The position numbers were made by a program, and so were the translations under genes. 20,000 bases of DNA, from assembly GCF_000485595.1 (NCBI RefSeq), contig NW_014577061.1:872527-892526 (forward strand), written 5' to 3'. The notes below the pieces were generated by a model. It saw only the letters and a program-made list of their open reading frames with translations. It did not search any database and was not told the DNA's origin. Numbering within the stretch: position 1 is the stretch's first letter; every line of letters begins with the position of its first letter. The DNA comes from Priapulus caudatus. Taxonomy: Eukaryota. Below are positions 10,006 through 20,000 of the stretch, piece after piece.

Positions 10006-11749
10006 GGTTAGTCAGAAATAGCTAAACGAGCCAGGTCAAACAGAGGTCAGGGAAACATAGACCTTATCTGCATCATAGCAAGAGTAGATAATATAACATT
10101 ATATTATTATGTTAATTTGAATGGTTATATGTTTATATTATATTTTATATGATGTATATATGGTTATATTATCTACTCTTGATCATCTAGGTATAGATCT
10201 CTACTCGTGGCCTGCAGGAAGTTGGCGATGGGGTTTTGCTGCCCGGAATGAGTGGTTTCATTGTAAACTGGTTCGTGCCGAGTTCATGCATGTAGTAAAC
10301 GCTTGTGTTGAATCAATATGCGTAGTCAATATGAACACCTTATTACTGATATCTTTATTGCAGGAAATCGAGTCGTAAATAGTTCTCAGAGTATGTATCT
10401 ATGTATAGAGATTAGGAATTAGCACGCATCATAATAGGTTTCATGTCTGTAGATGTGGTTAACCAAATAACGTCTTGAGTGGATATATTATTATTAGTCG
10501 GTCGGTCAAATCAAACCAACATCCAACGCAACATCAGTGTTTTCGTATTCTGTTCCACCTTTCCTGATATTGATGGAGATGAGCCATCGAGAGCCCATAA
10601 AAGTGTCAATTTGTAAAATACCTAGGTCTAATTTAACCAGAACTGATGTAACAGTGCATAGATTAAAAACGTGGAAGCTAGCTACTGGTTCCATGCAGCA
10701 TTTAATCTAAAATAGTATTGTAAGTTATAGGCTGTTTGCTGCAGCCGGTTTTAGTGAAATTCGATGTAGCAAAAACTATGACCAACATAAGCAACATGAT
10801 GTGGAATGTGTGGTTTCACTGGTTTGTATTTAAAATTGTTAAGTCACGTGTAGAAAATGTGTGTTAAAACTCGTGTTGTGTGAAAAAGTGTCTTACAACA
10901 GTTGTGTGTAAAATTGTGTTTTATGTATTATCTTATGTGTGTTCAAATTGTCACAGTTCTAGCCGTGTGTTCAAATTGTCAATCACCACGATAAAGAGTA
11001 GCCCAGAATTGCCATCGACTACGTGTGCCACTGTGCCAGTATAACCAGAAGCTACATATGCCAGGAATGCAGTTCACAGGAATTTCTGCAGCCACCCTTC
11101 GTAGCTTACATTCATCGTATGGCTCGTACATTCATGGAGTCCCTAGCGAAACTAGTTTTGCAGAATTTGCGTTCGCTTTTGCAGGATTACATATTTCCAT
11201 TGCTACCTTGGCGTGAATTTGCCCTATATATTTATATATGGCAGTGCAAGATACCATCATACTCATTATCATAGCATCCTGATCTTTCGCAGAAATCGAT
11301 ATGAACTGCGCCTCATACATATACTAGCACTAGCAGACAGGAAAAAGAAAAGGGGAATTTAGCCTAGGCCAATGTAGGTCAAAATGTTCTGCAAGGTCAT
11401 GGATGGCTGCCGTGGTGGGTGCATGGGTGCTCGACCACATCTGGCCAGGCATTTTAACCGACAGTAGTTATAGTGCTGGCAGGCATCCAAATATGTCATC
11501 AATTCGCAAGTGTCAGGAAAGTGCTTAGAAGAACATGTCATCAATAATCCGCAGGCTACCTAGTCTTTTGTAATGTGAAAACGATCCCAATGTTAAATTA
11601 TCATGGTTTGAATAATTATTCTAAAAATTGTATTTTAGCCTCCAGTATGTGGGGTGATCATCTATCTAATCACATTCTAGTGTCCAATTAGTTGCACTGA
11701 TATTGGGTTTTTGCTTCTTGAATCAGATAATGTGACTTCGTTAACGTTG

Positions 11750-12100
11750 TTTTTAGCTCACCTTGACATCGTCAAGCTGAGCTATTGCCATGGGTCGTCG
11801 TCCGTTGTATGTCCGTCCGTCTCTGTCCGTCAACATTTCGCTACGGTCTACGATAACTGAGGAACCGTTTGGCCCACATGTTTGAAATTGGGTATAGTTG
11901 TTACTGCTATGCTCCCATATTAAACGTCCTATTTTGGAGCACGCCAGTTGACGTACTTTCGAGCCACGGGAATTTTTTGGCAAAAATGGGAATTGTCCAT
12001 TAGTCAGCTTCCAGGCCTTCAACGGATTTTTCTCATTTTGGTATGTGAATGCATAAGGGGTTAAAATATCAAAAATTATGCAAATTAGGTAGGGTTTGTG
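11750..12100 (+). mobile_element. HINE family B-related element, 5' portion (3' boundary uncertain)
   Basis: TTTTTAGCTCACCTTGAC-atc-GTCAAGCTGAGCTA hairpin, followed by (GTCC)n and CCGTCAACA. This is the same layout as the element at 1520. Confidence 0.7.
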
Positions 12101-13942
12101 CAATTATAATAAACCATATTATAGCTAGACACAAACAGTCTCTGTGGTGTCACAGCTCGTCTGTTCGTTGTTATCCAAGTATTTCATTTGACAATATCCT
12201 GTTAATGGCAACATTGGTCTTTTCTCTCCACCCTGCCGACCGAAACGTCTATATTCGAGTAAAGTTTTACAAAACATGTCGGAACCCAGCATAACCTATT
12301 CTCATATTCAAACACCCGATCGCTACTAAGGCGGTTATAGCGCGCAATCTACGCACAAAAGTTAATGATTCATTTTGGTTATAACGAATTATTATTGGCG
12401 ATAATCACAGATCGTATCGTCTTCTATAAAGTGTCGTCGATGTTGCTCCACACTGTTAAAAACTGATTCTTCTTATTCACCTCATCTTGTGTCCTTTTTT
12501 TGTGTGAGCTACAGTGCCATAGACCACTTCAGGGAACCAATTTCCACGCCAAAAATGTGCATAGCAAATGTGCTATAACCAGTCAAATTTTGGCATAGCA
12601 ATTGGACTCAATTTGTGATAGCATTTTTTTCAGACAATCTAGCAGTGGGCAAATTTACAGACCTGCAGTGCATGCTTGCGCGTGTTACCACGTGTCTCGC
12701 CTCGTGACAGGCCACAGCTCAGGCTTTACAAGCCTATGGAACCACACTAGCGAATTTCTGCACCGCTCCGGCAGCCGTTAAACAGCCGTGCCACAGCTTG
12801 GCGCACCTCGTTCCTCCGCGGGGCTGCCAATGTCGAGTGATGAATAATATCGGGCCCGCTGGCGAGTGACCAAGCTAAAGCTGACTCGGCCATGTTGGCG
12901 AGTAAAGCCTGGCATAACTTGGTCTATGAACTTTAATCAAATGTTGGTTCCCTTACGTTATAGTATCCAACACATTGATGAAATGACAGTTCTATCGCGA
13001 TTTGTGAAGCGGGCGGGCGTATGCTGACTCCTGCGACCACGACATCCTCACTTTACTATTATCAAAGGTCGCCGAAAAAGCAGCCCCGCGAGAGCGTGCA
13101 GGGCCGCAGCCAGCGTGGCTGGTGCTATAACGCTGGGTTGCCCTGGCGGCCGGCCATATTGCCTTGATCTGCTCACGCGCGGGGGGGGGAGTGCAGGATT
13201 GCTCTTCAAAGTCACGTTGTGGCCGTGCGCTGTCTTAAGCCAAACTCAACTAACAAAACCCCAAAAACCTCGGCGTAATCCGGTGGCACATTTCACTTGC
13301 ACGCCCGCGCCAACCGCAGCCCCGAGAATAACAAGTAAAAATGTACACACGAGCTATCGCTTTCCGTTCTTGACACTCTCCCGGGCCATCCGGGCTCATC
13401 GGCACAACTGCGATTGCATAAAAAAATATGCGTAGGCAAATGGCTAGAAAAATACGCTCGCGGACGAACTCTGCGACTGCGCGCCGACTCACCCCCAACG
13501 GGAAACCATACTTCCCTGCACTTTCATTTTGTTGTTGCACTGCCTAAGATGAGTAGATTTGAGGCACTGCAATTCTCTTTGGGACATTTCAATAGCCCGA
13601 TCGTAGAATTAGATGACCTTCAAATGTCGCGATTTATGTGACACCGTTTTGCCAGAGCTTTCTACATACATGGGTCCGTGATATATGACTATTCATTGAT
13701 TCCTTACAAACATATATATGCGTTTAGTGTGCTATGCCGACATAGCCGTTGTTGCAAAAAAATCATTGCTGTTGTAGTTTCCTGAAAACATTTCAGATTG
13801 TGCATTTTGTTGTATGAGGCAAAGGTTAAAAAATCATTCTTGTCCAATCAATATACAATGTGTGCAAGGTAGCGAGTGCTATTGCATGTCGCTTAGAGAG
13901 GATACATGCCACAGCAAGATATATGCAGCGTACTAGTATTAC

Positions 13943-13992
13943 CAGGAGTTAATGAGACAACTATTATTTGTCTCATTAACTCCTGCCTCCTG
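13943..13992. mobile_element. 50-bp hairpin mini-element with 7-bp flanking direct repeat
   Basis: CAGGAGTTAATGAGACAA-ctattat-TTGTCTCATTAACTCCTG (perfect 18-bp stem) plus an extra cCTCCTG. GTATTAC is present at 13936-13942 and 13993-13999. Confidence 0.65.
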
Positions 13993-14770
13993 GTATTACG
14001 CATTCTCGAACGCAGTAAAGTTGTGTTTCAAAAGCAAATAGGGTTTGTTGGAACGTACCCGTTTTATGGGCTAAAAATTGTGTGTGTGGGCGTGACGCCG
14101 TGATCTCATCTACGTGATCTTGATTGCTCTAGGCTGACCGTAAGCGTCGATGTGCTGAGGTGCTTGTTCCAGCATGGTCTTAAGTTTTGATGGTTAACGC
14201 GCATGTAAGACGTGGCGAGACGAGATAGTCGGTAGATAGTAATCAGCCTGCATCTAGCGTGAGCCATTAGTCATTGTGAGATTATGGGGCGGGATGGTTT
14301 CTGGTACACCCGATAGTACGTCTACCGGCTACGTTGCTACTAGCTTGGTTCGTGTCCGTTTAGCCAGTATACGATTTCTGAATCGCGTGGTGAATTGAAT
14401 TGTTTTTGCCATTTGTCACCCGTAACTGCAATTTGCACGTGAAAAATATTCGATTTTCAATTTAGACTGAAGATGGATAGCTTTACAGTTGGTAATTTTA
14501 TGGCAGACTATCTTCCATCTACTTCCATTTTTACAGGATTGTTCGTAAGAAGTGATGTGGTGGAAGCCACATGCTAAAATTGTGAAGAGGTTTATTGAGA
14601 CATGCAGGCACATCTGTACTGCAATTTGAATTGTTCAAATTTCGTGCAGTATATATTATTCTGTAGTAGGAATTTGTTTTAAAGGTCCAATCAGTATGTT
14701 ACTTAGTGTACTAATTTGCTATTGCTACTTGCTAGTAAACTAAAAGTAATTATCAAGGCTAAATGTTGCT

Positions 14771-14997
14771 TTATTACCTCCGCGCAAACGGAGGTCATGC
14801 AATCGCTCTCGTGTGTGTGTTCGTGTGTGTGTGTGTCCAGTCCGCGCGGCGCGATCGATAGCGCGTCGAGTCAGCGAGCGGCCAGTCAGCAGCAGCCACC
14901 AGTGAGCGGCGAGTCAGCAGCAGGCGCCACCAGCGAGCACATACATGTTACATGCTCGCGGAGGTATGCACTCTCCGTGAGTGCCCTCTGTCTAGTT
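14771..14997 (+). mobile_element. HINE family C, copy 2 (complete, ~227 bp)
   Basis: In order: subTIR TACCTCCGCG (14775-14784), partial IR CGGAGGT, (GT)n, AGTCAGCAGCAG core repeats, subTIR CGCGGAGGTA (14957-14966), hairpin GCACTC-tccgt-GAGTGC, and terminal CTAGTT. Confidence 0.88.
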
Positions 14998-15384
14998 ATG
15001 GGATGAATTTGCAATACATTTGCACCATCTTTTATTTTTAAATATGTAGGTATGTAGGTCTTGCATGAATTTAGTTTGTCACTGATTTGCACTGATGAGT
15101 AACTTAGGAAAACAAATAATTCGTAATATTTCAAACCAATGGGTAATGTTTGACGGACTTACATCCGCATCTCTGAATTAACCGACCGTCTAAAAACGTT
15201 AGTCAACAAACACCTCTGTGTTTCGCCAAGCCATCCGATATAGCGCACGGTCTGTCAACACAACTTTTTAATTACTCTCGCCTGACGGTTTCATGATGGC
15301 TTATGCATCTTCACCGAGCACCTTCACCAGATAGAACTAAAGAACGAAACATGAAATAGTAGAGTTAGCATCGCTATTTCGTGG

Positions 15385-17060
15385 TCGGTCGGAGGACAGC
15401 AGACATAATTTTAGGATGGCCCAGAAGCACTTTACCCTCCCCTCATGCTTCCCAGTTACTTTCTGTTCGCTAGATACCCATTCAACGCCATGCCACTAAT
15501 TAAAACATTTGCTTTCAGTTATCTCCGCTAAGCTTGCAGATTCCAGCAGCACAATAATTTGCAGCTTATCGTTCGCTACTTCCGCAAGTTTATGGATAAA
15601 CTTATAAGTTCATGTATATGGAATCACATTTTCGTTAATATATCTTTCATTGAGGGATTCGGGCCATTATTTAGCCATACATTGTTATGGAAGTCCTGCT
15701 TAGGGTAAATAGTCACAGCACACAAAATGTTCAACTGAAATAGGGCCTTGAAGTTTACCATCTGTTAACATTCCCGACGATTAAAAATCGGGTTTTTCTA
15801 GTCAACTCGTTTATGTACTATACCGAGTACTTACGATACGATACTAAAAACATTCGGCAACTTCACAGCACACCGCTTACAGGGCTCAAGTTTAGTAGCA
15901 ATCATCTGTAGAACATTTACTTCATGAGATCAGAATACGATTACCTTTTCTATAGCAACTGATCTTACCGAAATCATATTTCAAACTTTACATATATGCA
16001 AACATCACAAAATTCGCAAAACCGTATCAACGTGAGGACTGCCCAGATTTTCAATGAAATACAACTCAGTTACTGCACTCGTCGCCATCTTGCGACCGGC
16101 CGTGTCATAACAGTATATTGTTCCACATTCTGTAGCAGGTCTAGCCCGGATCCATACCCGCAAANNNNNNNNNNNNNNNNNNNNNNNNNCGGCGTCCGGC
16201 GTCGAGAGGACAGCAAACATAATTTTTTAAGGATGGCCAGAAGAGCACTACCTTTACCCTCCCCATTCCCAGTTACATTTGTTCGTGAGAGATAGCCATT
16301 ACAAGCCATGCCTACTAGAAAACATTTGCTTCAGTTCATTCCGCTACCGCCTTGCAGATTCCGCAGCACGAAGATTTTAGCGACTATTCGTATTCGCTAC
16401 TCTCCGCAAGTTTATGGATAACTTATAACGTTCATGTATTATGATCACAATTTTGGTTATAATATCTTTCCATTGACGGAGTTCTGGGCATTATCATTGC
16501 GCAATCACATGCTTATGCGACAGCCTGTTACGGATATAAATAGCACAGCACACAATTCAAACAAATAGGGCGCTTGAAGTTTACAATTTTTCTGCCTTAA
16601 CCTTCTTCCCACGATAAAAATCTCGCGTTTTGTGTGTATAGTCCACTCGTTTAGTAGTTACGCATTCATACGAGTACTGTACGATACACGATACCGCTCA
16701 AACAATTTCCGGCACACTTTCAGCAAGCACAGCTACCAGGGCTCGAATTTTAGTAACGCAAACTCATCGTGTGAGGCAACTATTTACTCATGAATCAGAA
16801 ACGAATTCACGCTTTTTATAGCAACTGCATCCTTACCGAATTCATCTATTTAAAGTTTAACCATATTACTGCAGAACAATCACAAAGAATGTCTATCTTT
16901 CCCCAGCCAGAACAACTCCGTTACAACTGTCAGGGACTGCCTCAAGGATTCTCTCAAGGAAATACATCTCAGCTTACTGGCACTCTCGCATTCCTTGCGA
17001 CGGCTGTCATAACAGTAATGTTACACGACATTCTGTACAGGTCTGCACCGCGATCCATAC
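15385..17060 (+). repeat. Apparent ~0.8-kb tandem duplication (15385-16164 and 16190-17060) around a 25-N gap; probable assembly artefact
   Basis: The copies are colinear from GAGGACAGCA to GATCCATAC and differ mainly by dense 1-2 nt indels. Confidence 0.85.
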
Positions 17061-17122
17061 TTCGCTGTGCTACCTGCGTTTCAGGTGTGTCTGCCTGTTA
17101 CAGCACGGAGCTAGCGGTAATA

Positions 17123-17345
17123 ACCACTGGCAGCAAGAATCAGTCCGCTGCAGCTACAGCACACACACGGCCATTGTCTATATATAACATCTATATTATC
17201 ATATATAACATCTATAACATCTATAACATCTATAACATATATAACATCTATAACATCTATATATAACATATAACAAGATGTTATATATAGACAATGGCCG
17301 TGTGTGTGCTGTAGCTGCAGCGGACTGGTTCTTGCTGCCAGTGGT
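17123..17345. repeat. Inverted repeat with ~70-bp arms around a 9-bp (TATAACATC)n minisatellite
   Basis: Arm 17123-17192 matches the reverse complement of 17276-17345 with one mismatch seen. The spacer is made of TATAACATC/TATAACATA units. Confidence 0.9.
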
Positions 17346-18138
17346 AATAACGTGGTATACGAATGCGAGCGCGTGGGTTATGGTAGGTTATTCAACTCGG
17401 CAGCCGACGCGTGGGATGGGGACCCGTCACCTAGTGATCTATCCGCCTCCAGCTAGTCGCAGGTTGTTTGAGAATTATGCTGTTTGTAAACAATGATAAG
17501 AGCACCGCATTACACCTGCTAGTTGGCAGCGAGCCAGAAAAAAACGGCGTTTGAAAGCATAGTACGTGAAAAGTGGCGCTCGGTATAAACACGCGGGAGG
17601 GCCGCTTCATGTGATTTCAATGATCAGTCGCCTACGGTGTGGTTGGTATAACATCAGCAAACATGTGAGAGAAGCTTTAGACCTATATTGCACAGTACTG
17701 TCCTGCGTTACAGAAGTTGCAGAAAAAAACGATTACAACCCAAAGTACGGTAATGTGAAACACGTTTTCCCATTGACTTCAGTTTTACAATTGGAGATGC
17801 GTTCCCACGGAAATTCCTCCGGCCAAAAAGTGCTATGATTCATACAGTATGAGTACAACTATGCATTAAAATTTTAAACATGATTTGAATGTAACTTTAA
17901 TACCTAAAACTAACTATGCAACGAGAATAAAAAATTGGTGGGGTGGGGTGGAAGAGAGTGAGATGCACTGTTTTCCGAAAGGCAGACAATTTCATGACCC
18001 TTTCCCACTTTAAAATTCTGATATTACAAACAATATTAATGCAGTGGGTTTCTGTATTGGGGCAGCCAAGCGGAGATTCTTGCGACCACACTTGCTGATT
18101 TCTTTGAGTTCCAATAATATATATATATAATATATATA

Positions 18139-18582
18139 TTTATTTCCGCGCAACGGAGTTGCAACGGGGCATGGCTAATCGGTCTTCGTTGTGTGTGTGT
18201 GTGTGTGTGTGCCGGCGTGCGTGCGTGTGTGTGGTCGTGCGTGCGTGCGATGCGTGTGTGCGTGCCGCTGCGTGCGTGCGGTGCGTGTGTGTGTATCCTC
18301 GGCGTCGATCTATTCAGTTCATGCATCAGCTCGCCTTAGGCGCGCCAGTCAGCAGCAGCTCGCCTTAGGGCTCCAGTCAGCGAGCAGCTCGCCTTAAGGC
18401 GCCAGTCAGCAGCAGCCAGCCACGAGCCAGCTGTTATACACCATACATGCGACGCGAGTCAGCAGCAGGCGGAGTCATTCAGCAGCACGTAGCAGCAGCG
18501 AGCGCGAGCCAGCTCTGTAACACAGTTACATTTACATGCTCGCGGAGGTAGACTCTCCGGTGATGCCCTCTTCTATCTAGTT
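18139..18582 (+). mobile_element. HINE family C, copy 3 (expanded, indel-noisy)
   Basis: Starts TTTATTTCCGCGCAACGGAG, then (GT)/(GCGT)n and repeated CAGCTCGCCTTAGG..CCAGTCAGCAG units. It ends CATGCTCGCGGAGGTA...CTAGTT. Confidence 0.8.
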
Positions 18583-18874
18583 AATATATGTATACTGACA
18601 TTAGTTTTGTGGTGTGTTGTGCACGCGCGTTGGTGCCAGCGTATTTCCTATTTCTATGGATATTTGACGTCTAATGCGCTAAATGGTCTTCTGTGACTTG
18701 TTCTTAGCATCCCATCTGATGATCGCTTTCTGTCATCCGTTTTGTGTGTTCTGCGTCCTCAGTACTCATCTCTGTATCAATCGTGTCACTTTACTGTACT
18801 CTCCCTCCGGCCGATTAAAGTTCACCACCTGGCATGGGTTTTTCGCTGCTTCAAACTATAGTGTCCTAATTAAT

Positions 18875-19091
18875 AGCCGCGTTCACACGTAGCAAGAAAT
18901 CCGGTATTTAGCGTTTCACACGAGGCAAAAATACGAAGCGCGCCCTCTCAATAATACGGTATTCTCAACAGATCGGTAATTTCATTGTAATCGAGCCCTT
19001 CCCGGAAAGCCCGATTAATTTCCCTGCTTGAGAAATTAACCGGATTTCTTGGACCGGCATTTCTCGGTGAATCGCTAAATACCGGATTTCT
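18875..19091. mobile_element. Harbinger-like MITE fragment with internal 19-bp inverted repeat (right end not found)
   Basis: Starts AGCCGCGTTCACACGTA. AGAAATCCGGTATTTAGCG (18895-18913) is inverted at 19073-19091. Confidence 0.5.
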
Positions 19092-19616
19092 GAAGCCTCG
19101 CGATTTTATACGACTGTCCGCGCTCGAATAAAAAAAATAAAACAGGAAAAGGGGTTTTCTAAGTGTAGACGCGAGGTGGAACGTCTAGCGCGACCCAGTC
19201 TGACGTATTATCGGGCAGTGACGGATTGCATTTGTCTTATTTCGTCATTGTTCGCTTGATATGTTTAAAGCAGTCTCGCCAGTTCGCAAATATCAATTCT
19301 GGACCGCGAATCAGCGTTGTTAACGCTCGGCCGCGTATTGTGTCTCAGAACGGTATTTCGTCAGAGAATCCGCTATTTCAGAGAAATAAAATCCAATACG
19401 AGGTCTCGTTTGAACGAGACGCTAAATATGAGGCAGCCGCTGTTTTCTTTGCATTACCGTCTTCTAACTTCTTAGCTTTGTTTCGTTTTCCAGGGACCGA
19501 GAGTACCTCCACTATACAAGCAGCTTTAAAGATATTTATCATAATAAGTATTACGCTTTGATTACATAATATTTTTATGGAAAGTTGGAAACGCCTCTTG
19601 TTACGTATAGCAGGCA

Positions 19617-19618
<2 letters not shown>

Positions 19619-19660
<42 letters not shown>

Positions 19661-19990
19661 GCCTCTCTCTGCACTCTCTCTCTCGTCTCTCTCTCGCTCT
19701 CTCTCTCTCCTCTCTCCTCGCCTCCTCTCATCTCTCTCTCTGCTCCCTGTCTCTCTCTCTCTTCTCATCTCTCTCTCTCTCTTATCTGTTTCTCTCTCTC
19801 TCTCTTCTCTCAATCTCTCTCTCTCCCTCTCTCTCTCTCGTCTCTCTCTCTCTCCTCTTCTCTCTCTGTCTCTCCTCTATACTCCTTCTCTCTCTCTCTC
19901 TTTCTTTTTCTCTCTCCTTCTCTCCTACAGTCTCTCTTCTCGCTCTCTCTCTCTCTTCTCTCTCTCTCTCAATCTCGCTCTCCTCTCTCC
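19619..19990. repeat. Long imperfect (CT)n microsatellite
   Basis: Read directly from the sequence. It accounts for the ER-rich ORFs on the minus strand. Confidence 0.95.
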
Positions 19991-20000
19991 TCGCTATTTT

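Larger units (their letters stand above)
9693..10064. mobile_element. MITE with ~58-bp perfect TIRs and internal (TAACCC)n/(GGGTTA)n repeats, probable TA TSD
   Basis: GGTCTATGTTTCCCTGACCTCTGTTTGACCTGGCTCGTTTAGCTATTTCTGACTAACC (from 9694) is exactly inverted at 10006-10063. TA flanks the element at 9691-9692 and 10065-10066 if the outermost base is mismatched. Confidence 0.85.

Noticed and set aside
12944..12965. FPYV codons as the next SLC6 exon, and TTGGTTCCCT as a partner TIR for 12530
   Set aside because: The surrounding residues do not match TM5, a stop follows soon after, and there is no suitable acceptor. The TIR pairing has no TSD.
16790..17266. 158-aa ORF
   Set aside because: It crosses indel-noisy duplicated sequence and a 9-bp minisatellite (IYN repeats), so it is not credible as a gene.
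18036..19813. CV-, HT- and ER-rich ORFs
   Set aside because: They are translations of (GT)n, (GCGT)n and (CT)n microsatellites.

Overview
Repeat-dense animal (probably marine invertebrate) genomic DNA from a gapped, partly long-read-patched assembly; the species cannot be determined from the sequence. The only host-gene signal is one internal coding exon (2447-2910, +) of an SLC6 sodium:neurotransmitter symporter of the B0AT/orphan amino-acid transporter subfamily. The flanking exons were not found, so the rest of the window is probably intronic. That DNA is a mosaic of mostly non-autonomous DNA transposons. It includes a decayed hAT/ZNF862-like transposase, at least six Helentron/DINE-1-like (HINE) elements from three families, and Harbinger/Tourist-like MITEs. 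Several CAGG-terminated MITEs have apparent target-site duplications (TSDs) of 5, 6 and 7 bp, and one of them is nested in a TTAGGG-containing MITE. A ~0.8 kb tandem duplication around a 25-N gap looks like a gap-filling artefact. I found no convincing new protein-coding system; the best leads are transposon architecture and target-site signatures.
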